DNA of 64,000 nucleotides from the NCBI GenBank assembly GCA_965214095.1, contig OZ243938.1, positions 3,712,001 to 3,776,000 of the forward strand. Reading direction: 5' to 3'. Positions 43,327 to 51,134 of this stretch are shown one piece after another. The DNA comes from Candidatus Poribacteria bacterium. GTDB lineage: Bacteria > Poribacteria > WGA-4E > WGA-3G. How positions within the stretch are numbered: position 1 is the first letter of the stretch; each line of letters opens with the position of its first letter. A model generated the notes under the pieces. That model saw only the letters and a program-made list of their open reading frames with translations, did not search any database and was not told where the DNA came from. The translations under genes and the position numbers were made by a program.

Positions 43327-43391
43327 CGGTAGACGAGGTTTTCTAACCTCGCCGATGCATTGTGTCTAATTATTTTTAAGACTTACCATAA
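43327..43391. repeat. REP-like palindrome (reverse orientation) with AT-rich end
   Basis: CGGTAGACGAGGTTTTCTAACCTCGCC, reverse complement of the 2263/30610 family. Confidence 0.7.
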
Positions 43392-43418
43392 ATTGGAGAA
43401 AACTGACTATCAAGAATT

Positions 43419-44543
43419 ATGAATGCAATAGAACTAACCAAAAAGCTTATTGGATACAACACAGTAAGTCCAAAGAGTAACGTTGAAGTCATGGACTTCT
43501 TAACAATAACATTAGAATCAATCGGATGTGAAGTTGAGAGAGTTGAATATAATGATCCAGCAGGTGTCCTAAAAGTAAATCTGATTGGAAGGAAAGGACC
43601 TGATAATGGAAAACGTGGATTAGGACTTCTCGGTCACATAGACACCGTTCCTGCCATTGGATGGTCGGAGGATCCCTTTGAAGCACGGATCGTTGATGGA
43701 AAAATGTATGGACGTGGCAGCTGCGATATGAAAGGCAGTGTCGCATGCATGATTGAGACTGCTTCACGTTACGATGCTGCTGACCTACATGCACCGCTCT
43801 ATGTAGTTATCACTGCTGATGAAGAGGTAGGTTATTTCGGGGCAACTGCTGTCGCTGAAAAATCCGAAATGTTTAAAGAACACGGATTCCCGCAATACGG
43901 GGTCGTTGGTGAACCGACTGAACTAAAGGCTGTTTATGCACATAAAGGAGCAGTCCGATTTTCAGTAACCGCGTATGGACGCGCAGCGCATAGCAGCACA
44001 GGTGAAGGTGACAACGCAAACCTTAAACTCATTCCATTTCTTTCAGAAATGAGGGATATTTATGAAGAATTGATGTCCGATCCGCAATATTATAACGTTG
44101 AGTTCACGCCACCCTATACAGATTGGAATATCACATTAAGTGATGGAGAGTGCACTGCCAACATCACCTCACCGCGAAGTGTATGTAATATCAACTACCG
44201 TCCGATGCCGGGTGATGATATCCAATATTGGATCGATCGTGGACGAAATGCAGCAGAGAAATATGGACTGGAATTTGACCTATTCATCAATGCCGGACCT
44301 GTTCGCACACCACCCGATGCAGAGATCATCAAAGCAGCACTTGAAATTACGGGAGACACAAAACCGCATACTGTGGCATACGGCACAGATGCTGCGGAAT
44401 TTGCCAATCACATGGAAACTGTCATAATAGGTCCTGGAAGTATTCTACAGGCACATACTGTTGATGAATGGATGGCAATAGATCAGTTTGAGAAGGGAAC
44501 AGATATTTTTTGTCAGTTTGTTGATAGGTTCTGCGTTGGTTAA
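43419..44543 (+). CDS. M20 family metallopeptidase (ArgE/DapE-like deacylase)
   Basis: GHIDTVP, GRGSCDMKG, ADEE, GEPT and AHTVDE motifs. Confidence 0.88.
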   Translation: MNAIELTKKLIGYNTVSPKSNVEVMDFLTITLESIGCEVERVEYNDPAGVLKVNLIGRKGPDNGKRGLGLLGHIDTVPAIGWSEDPFEARIVDGKMYGRGSCDMKGSVACMIETASRYDAADLHAPLYVVITADEEVGYFGATAVAEKSEMFKEHGFPQYGVVGEPTELKAVYAHKGAVRFSVTAYGRAAHSSTGEGDNANLKLIPFLSEMRDIYEELMSDPQYYNVEFTPPYTDWNITLSDGECTANITSPRSVCNINYRPMPGDDIQYWIDRGRNAAEKYGLEFDLFINAGPVRTPPDAEIIKAALEITGDTKPHTVAYGTDAAEFANHMETVIIGPGSILQAHTVDEWMAIDQFEKGTDIFCQFVDRFCVG

Positions 44544-44570
44544 GAGGCGCAATGAATTGCGCGACTACGA
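44544..44570. repeat. REP-like palindrome
   Basis: GAGGCGCAATGAATTGCGCGACTAC, near-identical to 9221-9245. Confidence 0.7.
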
Positions 44571-44648
44571 ACACCTATTTTGATAATGACAAGTTATCTT
44601 TTGGAAATGGTATTATCAGGTGACTGATGACTGAAAATCGACTGCCAA

Positions 44649-45092
44649 TTACGTGTGTTCAGGAAGTTCTTCAAAAAACACAGCATCCGGTTTCACCCAT
44701 TCGGCATCGCCATCCTCCCACACCTCGCGTTTCCAGATAGGTACAATCTGTTTCAGACGGTTCATCGCATACTGACATGCTTCAAACCCATCTTTACGAT
44801 GTGGAGAGGCAACGGCTACAGCCACACTCACTTCGCCTATTTCTAACTTACCGATGCGATGTATCATAGCGACTCGATGTACACCCCATTTATCCGCAAT
44901 CTCATCAGCAATTTCCGCCATCTTTTTTTCTGCCATCGGTGGATATGCCTCATATTCAAGGTATTTTGTCGGTCTATCATCTGTGTTATTCCGAACAGTG
45001 CCAAAGAACAGAATCACTGCGCCAGCATCAGGTGCTTCCACAGCTTCCCGCACCTCTGCACCAGTTATAACATCAGCAGTAATCTTGAACAT
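44649..45092 (-). CDS. moaE: Molybdopterin synthase catalytic subunit
   Basis: GAVILFFGTVR, LEYEAY, HRIGKL, SPHR and LK..VPIWKRE motifs. Confidence 0.95.
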   Translation of the reverse strand: MFKITADVITGAEVREAVEAPDAGAVILFFGTVRNNTDDRPTKYLEYEAYPPMAEKKMAEIADEIADKWGVHRVAMIHRIGKLEIGEVSVAVAVASPHRKDGFEACQYAMNRLKQIVPIWKREVWEDGDAEWVKPDAVFFEELPEHT

Positions 45093-45339
45093 CTCTTCCC
45101 CCCGTCACAGGTGGTATCAACGCCACTTCATCACCATCTACAAGTTCTGTCTCTTCGGTAGCATATTCCCAATTAACAGCCATCTGCATCACTTCGTAGA
45201 ACTCCGCAATTTCTGGCCATTCTTCTTCAAGTTGCTTTAATATCGTATTGACAGTGGAACCTTCAGGAAGTTGCATCTCTTCTTCGGATCTATTCAACAT
45301 CTCGTGGCATACGGCAAAGTATTTGACTGTAACCTTCAT
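45073..45339 (-). CDS. moaD: Molybdopterin synthase sulfur carrier MoaD with C-terminal extension
   Basis: VKYFA, AVN.EY and DGDEVALIPPVTGG motifs, followed by RDVQDYC. Confidence 0.9.
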   Translation of the reverse strand: MKVTVKYFAVCHEMLNRSEEEMQLPEGSTVNTILKQLEEEWPEIAEFYEVMQMAVNWEYATEETELVDGDEVALIPPVTGGRDVQDYC

Positions 45340-45386
45340 TCGAACTCCTTCTCTTTTCTATTTTCAGTAAGTATGTTATTAATAAG

Positions 45387-45415
45387 AGTATATCATAACA
45401 GATAAAGTGTGTCAA
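45387..45415 (-). promoter_or_regulatory. Sigma70 promoter of moaDE
   Basis: TTGACA-N17-TATACT on the minus strand. Confidence 0.7.
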
Positions 45416-45469
45416 TTTCGGATTGTATTATTGGTGTGTAAAGTTTTGGGCAAAATGGACGCAGACATC

Positions 45470-45562
45470 CTGTAGGAGCGATCTCCGCATCGCGATTTCT
45501 TCCATTGTCCGAGCGATCTCCGAATCGCGAACTGTCGGGAATCAGAGATTGCTCTGACAGGT
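45470..45562. repeat. Degenerate GTAG-type REP cluster
   Basis: GAGCGATCTCCG(C/A)ATCGCGA twice plus an inverted degenerate copy ending TGACAGG. Confidence 0.6.
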
Positions 45563-45690
45563 CTTTTGATCATATTTTGTCAATAAATTTACACGCCACT
45601 CGGAAAATATCTGATTGACTACATCGTGCTGCTGTTGTATAATCTCATACAAGAAGCCTTGACTATTTGCAAAGAAAGTGATAAACCGAT

Positions 45691-48600
45691 ATGCCTCAAG
45701 CAACACAAATGCCTTTACCATTCGGAAACGAAGAATCAGATAACGGATTCTACGATGCACTCAACTACATCCGACAAAACGCCAACACACAATTCGGAAA
45801 AGGTAGGCTATTCGAACGGTTAATAAGGGCATATCTGCTTGAAGACCCATTTTACCAAAAGCGATTTTCAGAGGTATATCTATGGGGAGAATGGGCAGAA
45901 AATCAACCCGGATTTGACCTTGTAGACCGTGGTATAGATCTCGTTGCCATAGAACGTACGGGTGGTATCTGCGCTATCCAGTGCAAATGTTACGCAGAAG
46001 ACAAACGTATATCAAAATCTGATATTGATACCTTCATATCAGAATCCAATCGGCAACCGTTCACCGCACGGATCTTTGTTGACACTGGCAAAAGCTGGAG
46101 TGCAAACCTCATCAAAGCCATTGATGGATTAGAACCGCCATGCCAACGGATAAGCGCAGCAGACCTCGCAAGTCGACCTGTTCAGTGGCCCGACCTAAGC
46201 CTACAAGAACCAGACCACCTAAACTATCAACTGGAAAGTTTCAGCCTACGCGAACATCAACAAAATGCGTTTGACGATGTTGTCAAAGGATTCAAAGAGT
46301 CTGACCGCGGCAAAATGATTATGGCGTGCGGCACAGGGAAAACATTCACCGCACTCCGTATCGCAGAGGAAATCGCTGGTGTGGGTGGACGGGTGTTATA
46401 TCTCGTGCCATCCATCGGACTGTTTGCACAAGCGATGCGTGAATGGGCAGAACAGCAGAAAGTGCCACATCGCTACATCGGAATATGCTCCGATACAAAG
46501 GCAGGTAGAACAGACGAGGACGCATCCCTCTATGAACTGGAATTCCCTGTTACCACCGATGAAACTGTCATCTCCGAAGCATTACAATCTTCTAACAGTG
46601 CTGGAGACGAAGACACCATGCGCGTCGTATTCTCCACCTATCAGTCACTCCCAAAAGTCGCGGAAGCACAAGATGCCGGTGCTCCACCTTTTGATATTAT
46701 TTTTTGCGATGAAGGTCACAGAACCACCGGCATTGACAGACCCGATGATAAGACCTCACCTTTCGTTCTCGTCCACGATACTGAACGTATCCGTGCCAAC
46801 AAACGACTCTATATGACCGCGACACCCCGTCTGTATACGCAAAGCGCGAAAACAAAAGCAGCAAAACACGATATTGAAGTGTTCTCTATGGACGATCCAA
46901 ACACTTATGGTCCCGAATTCCACCGACTCCCATTCTCAAAAGCAGTGGCGCAAGACCTACTCTCTGATTATAAGGTTGTCGTGCTCGCAATGTCCGAACA
47001 AGGTGTGCAGGATACGTTACACAACTATCTCAGCAATGGTGGCAGTGAGGTTAACATCAGCGATGCAGCTAAGATTGTCGGCTGTTGGCGTGCACTACAG
47101 AACCCCGAAAGGAAATCACCAGACGACAGGACAATCAAACCCCTCACACGCGCCATTGCATTCACAAACACCATCAAGTCATCACAGAACCTTGTGAACC
47201 ATTGGAACGGTATTATAGAGAGTGCCGTTGAACGGACATCGGAAGACCAACGTCCTGACGATTTCACATGCGAAACCGCACACGTCGACGGAACAAAGAA
47301 CGCCCTTGATAGAAAAAGACTTATTGAATGGCTAAAAGGCGATACGGATGATGTTTGTCGTATCCTCTCCAATGCCCGATGCCTGTCCGAAGGGATTGAT
47401 GTCCCTGCGCTTGATGCTGTGCTGTTCATGTCACCGCGCAACTCACACGTTGACATCGTGCAGGCAGTTGGTCGTGTGATGCGCAAAGCACCCGGTAAGC
47501 AATACGGCTATATCGTGTTGCCAGTCGCTATTCCGCCAGATGTTGACCCTGTCGACGCACTCAACGATAACGAAAGGTTCGCGACCGTGTGGGGTGTCCT
47601 CCGCGCACTCCGTTCACACGATGATAGACTCAATGCCGAAATCAATAAAATTGACCTTAACAACGATCCAGGTGATATTATTATCATTGATGATCATTTA
47701 GGTGAAGGCAAAGGTGGAAATGGAGATGGAACTATCGACCCTAAGCAGTTACTGCTGCCCTTTGGTATTCCTGCCGATGCAATTTATGCCAAAATCGTGG
47801 AGAAATGTGGTGATAGAAAATACTGGGAAAGTTGGGCAAAGGATGTCGCAGATATCTTCAAACGACTCGTCGGACGCATTGAAAATCTGCTGGAGAATCC
47901 TGATAATAGCGCGCTGCAAATGTGGTTTGACGATTTTCACAACGAGTTAAAGGAGACAATCAACGACTCAATCACCCGTGAAAGTGCTATTGATATGATG
48001 GCACAACACATTATCACACGACCCGTCTTTGAAGCACTCTTTGATAACTACGATTTTGCGTCCGGCAACCCGGTGGCAAACGCACTCAATAAACTCCAAA
48101 ACGATTTTGGTGAATTCGGTCTGGAAAACGAAACGCGTGATCTGGAAGGTTTCTACGAAAGTGTCCGCATGCGCGCACAAGGACTTGACAATAGCGAAGC
48201 ACGTCAACGCGTTTTGTTGGAACTCTATGAGAAGTTTTTTGTTACCGCATTGAAAAAGGAGGTAGAACGGCTTGGTATCGTCTACACACCGATTGAAGTT
48301 GTGGATTTCATACTCCATAGTGCCAACGAGGTGCTGCAAGATGAATTCGGACGTTGTCTCAGTGATGAAGGCGTGCATGTGCTGGATCCGTTCACCGGCA
48401 CCGGTATATTTCTCACACGCCTGCTGCAGTCCGATATTATCCAAGATGCTGACCTTGAACGCAAATATCGAGAAGAACTCCACGCAAACGAGATCGTCCT
48501 ATTGGCATACTACATTGCTACCGTCAACATAGAGGAGACATTCCGCGGACGGCGCGGCGTTGACAAAGGATATGAACCGTTCAACGGCATTGTCCTAACC

Positions 48601-50511
48601 GATACCTTCAATCTCAACAAAAAAGATGACCCTACGCTTTTTCCCAAAGAATGGCTGCCAGATAACAACAAACGCGCCGAACGCCAACAGAAACTTCCAA
48701 TCCAAGTCATCGTCGGTAATCCTCCATATTCCGCAGGACAACGAAGTTCCACAGATGACAATCCGAATGTGGAATACCCAACTCTTGCAGAACGTGTTAG
48801 TAAAACGTATGTTGAACGTGTAAAAACAACATTAAAACGGACTCTCTATGATACATATAAGATGGCAATCCGTTGGGCATCCGACAGGATTGATAAACAA
48901 GGGGTTGTAGCCTTTGTCACCAATGGTTCTTGGATTGACGGGAACGCCGATGCAGGGATTCGAGCATGTTTGGCGGAAGAGTTTAGTTCAGCCCATATCC
49001 TGCACTTACGAGGAGATGCATATACATCTGGAGAGCGTCGACGTGCTGAAGGGGGAAATGTGTTCGGTAGTGGTTCACGTACACCTGTCGCTGTCATGAT
49101 CCTCGTCAAGAACCCTAACGCTACACATGAGGGTTGCAAAATCCAATACCGTGATATTGGCGACTATCTCACACGCGAGGCGAAACTGGAAGTACTGCGT
49201 GAGGCGGAATCTATTAAAAAGATTAGTGATTGGAAGACGGTCATACCAGATCAACATCACGATTGGATTGGACAACGAAGCCAAGAATTTACAAAATTCT
49301 ATCCACTTGGTACAAAAGAAATGAAAGCGGGAAAAATCGAAAATGCAATATTTCAATTATATTCGTTGGGATTGTCAACAAACAGAAATGCCTACGTATA
49401 TAATTTTTCACGAGATACATGTGCACAGAAAGCTTTGTTGATGACTCAGGATTATCTCGCAGCTGTTTCCGATCTTGAAAAAAATCCGGGTCTTAATGTA
49501 AAAGAGGTAACGCGTCACAATTCCATAAATATTAAGTGGGATGACACACTCAAGAATAGACTAAAACAAAAGAAAAAATCGAGATTTAATGATGATTACA
49601 TTCGAAAGGTTATCTATCGCCCCTTTGTTGCCACCAATTGTTATGGTGACTATACTTTCATTACCAGAAAGGGACAAATGGATAAGATTTTCCCAGACAG
49701 TTCCAGCGAGAATTGGGTAATCTGTGCAACGGGTATCGGATCAAAAATACCTTTTTCTGCTTTTATGACCAATATACTGCCAGATCTTGAACTAATTTCT
49801 AAAGGACAATGCTTCCCCCGCTACCGATATCCCACACCATCGGATACACCAGACGCATCAGAAACGCTTCTTGATGTTGACGACTCACCTGATCGTATTG
49901 ACAATATATCAGATATCGCACTAAAAGCATTCCAAGAACATTACAGCGATGACTCTATCACAAAGGATGACATCTTTTATTATGTCTACGGCATCCTCCA
50001 CGCTCCAAGTTACCGAGAACAGTTCGCTAACGACTTATCCAAGATGCTCCCGCGTATCCCTTATGCGCCAGATTTCCGCGCATTCGCAGAAGCAGGTAAA
50101 AAGTTGGCAGACCTCCATCTCAACTACGAGACGTGCGAACAGTATCCACTCACAGTAGAGTATCCAAATATGTCCTCACCACCAACAGACCCGAACATTT
50201 TCCGGCTAACGGAAAGAGCCATGCGTTTTGGAGATATTGAAAGAAGATCGCTTCTCATCAACGAACCTGTCCACCTAACAGGTATTCCCGAAGATGCTCA
50301 TCGCTATGTCGTCAACGGCAGATCGCCGCTGGAGTGGTTTATTGATAGGTATTATATTAAGACTGATAAGGATAGTGGTATTGTCAACGACCCAAACGGT
50401 TGGTTTGCTGACCCACGGGATATTGTTGGTGCTATTCGGCGGATTGTTTATGTGAGTGTGAAGTCTGCTCGGATTGTTGATGGACTGCCTGGGGAGATAA
50501 CAGATGGGTAA
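45691..50511 (+). CDS. Type ISP restriction-modification enzyme (Mrr-like nuclease, SF2 helicase, N6-adenine MTase, TRD)
   Basis: GIDLVA..AIQCK nuclease motif; MACGTGKT, DEGH, MTATP and QAVGRVMR helicase motifs; DPFTGTG and GNPPY MTase motifs; 1606 aa. Confidence 0.92.
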   Translation: MPQATQMPLPFGNEESDNGFYDALNYIRQNANTQFGKGRLFERLIRAYLLEDPFYQKRFSEVYLWGEWAENQPGFDLVDRGIDLVAIERTGGICAIQCKCYAEDKRISKSDIDTFISESNRQPFTARIFVDTGKSWSANLIKAIDGLEPPCQRISAADLASRPVQWPDLSLQEPDHLNYQLESFSLREHQQNAFDDVVKGFKESDRGKMIMACGTGKTFTALRIAEEIAGVGGRVLYLVPSIGLFAQAMREWAEQQKVPHRYIGICSDTKAGRTDEDASLYELEFPVTTDETVISEALQSSNSAGDEDTMRVVFSTYQSLPKVAEAQDAGAPPFDIIFCDEGHRTTGIDRPDDKTSPFVLVHDTERIRANKRLYMTATPRLYTQSAKTKAAKHDIEVFSMDDPNTYGPEFHRLPFSKAVAQDLLSDYKVVVLAMSEQGVQDTLHNYLSNGGSEVNISDAAKIVGCWRALQNPERKSPDDRTIKPLTRAIAFTNTIKSSQNLVNHWNGIIESAVERTSEDQRPDDFTCETAHVDGTKNALDRKRLIEWLKGDTDDVCRILSNARCLSEGIDVPALDAVLFMSPRNSHVDIVQAVGRVMRKAPGKQYGYIVLPVAIPPDVDPVDALNDNERFATVWGVLRALRSHDDRLNAEINKIDLNNDPGDIIIIDDHLGEGKGGNGDGTIDPKQLLLPFGIPADAIYAKIVEKCGDRKYWESWAKDVADIFKRLVGRIENLLENPDNSALQMWFDDFHNELKETINDSITRESAIDMMAQHIITRPVFEALFDNYDFASGNPVANALNKLQNDFGEFGLENETRDLEGFYESVRMRAQGLDNSEARQRVLLELYEKFFVTALKKEVERLGIVYTPIEVVDFILHSANEVLQDEFGRCLSDEGVHVLDPFTGTGIFLTRLLQSDIIQDADLERKYREELHANEIVLLAYYIATVNIEETFRGRRGVDKGYEPFNGIVLTDTFNLNKKDDPTLFPKEWLPDNNKRAERQQKLPIQVIVGNPPYSAGQRSSTDDNPNVEYPTLAERVSKTYVERVKTTLKRTLYDTYKMAIRWASDRIDKQGVVAFVTNGSWIDGNADAGIRACLAEEFSSAHILHLRGDAYTSGERRRAEGGNVFGSGSRTPVAVMILVKNPNATHEGCKIQYRDIGDYLTREAKLEVLREAESIKKISDWKTVIPDQHHDWIGQRSQEFTKFYPLGTKEMKAGKIENAIFQLYSLGLSTNRNAYVYNFSRDTCAQKALLMTQDYLAAVSDLEKNPGLNVKEVTRHNSINIKWDDTLKNRLKQKKKSRFNDDYIRKVIYRPFVATNCYGDYTFITRKGQMDKIFPDSSSENWVICATGIGSKIPFSAFMTNILPDLELISKGQCFPRYRYPTPSDTPDASETLLDVDDSPDRIDNISDIALKAFQEHYSDDSITKDDIFYYVYGILHAPSYREQFANDLSKMLPRIPYAPDFRAFAEAGKKLADLHLNYETCEQYPLTVEYPNMSSPPTDPNIFRLTERAMRFGDIERRSLLINEPVHLTGIPEDAHRYVVNGRSPLEWFIDRYYIKTDKDSGIVNDPNGWFADPRDIVGAIRRIVYVSVKSARIVDGLPGEITDG

Positions 50512-50551
50512 AGTGTCTGTTTATTGAGTTAAGTATATTCGTCACTTTTCC

Positions 50552-50581
50552 TTGACAAGACGTGAGAGAATGTGTTAATAT
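50552..50581 (+). promoter_or_regulatory. Promoter upstream of the structured leader
   Basis: TTGACA-N18-TAATAT with a TGn extension; predicted start near 50588. Confidence 0.55.
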
Positions 50582-50588
50582 ACTATTA

Positions 50589-51105
50589 TGAATCATTACG
50601 ACTCTGCAAACGTCAAATGATTCAACGATCCATGGCAGACACTCATATTTACTAAACGTGAATTTATGAGTGTCGGAACGCCTTTCGTGTTTCTCCTGAT
50701 AGCATGTATGTTCGGAACGCTTATCCAAGAGACTCTGTTTAATGACACAGGTCTCTTTAATGCCACTTCTAAGGCTCTCAGTAGCCTTCATACAAACATG
50801 TTGACTAACATGATGTCAACTGAACTAACAAAATGGGTGGTTCAAAAATCCCATTTTTATATATTAGGAGGTATTTTTATGTTAGGAAATTTCAGAAAAA
50901 ATTTGGCAAGGTATATAAACCTAATATCCGCAAACAACCCTAAAGGGGACACGGAAGAAGTTCGTGAGTGGGTTTAAATACTCACATAGAAGTAGGGGGA
51001 CATATAAGAAGTCCCCCTTGGATGTGCATGCAATAACCCTTCTTGAGTTACCTCCTACCTTTTCAAATTTCCCATAAGTTCAGTTATCGTCTACTGATAG
51101 TCAAT
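50589..51105 (+). ncRNA. Candidate large structured RNA or leader (unknown class)
   Basis: At least 8 local hairpins plus four nested long-range complementary blocks (see findings). Confidence 0.5.
50879..50977 (+). CDS. Putative 32-aa small protein (MLGNFRKNLARYINLISANNPKGDTEEVREWV)
   Basis: AGGAGG 7 nt before the ATG; followed by the AGGGGGAC/GTCCCCCT hairpin. Confidence 0.45.
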   Translation: MLGNFRKNLARYINLISANNPKGDTEEVREWV

Positions 51106-51134
51106 CTAGCTTTTGGAATACCTTATACGTTATT

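Noticed and set aside
50666-50977. 103-aa ORF as a real protein
   Set aside because: No RBS at its start, and its 5' part runs through dense hairpins; the strong RBS favours the 32-codon ORF in the same frame.
50589-51105. tmRNA, retron or group II intron interpretation of the structured region
   Set aside because: No tRNA-like ends or ALAA-type tag, no reverse transcriptase in the window, and no recognisable domain V.
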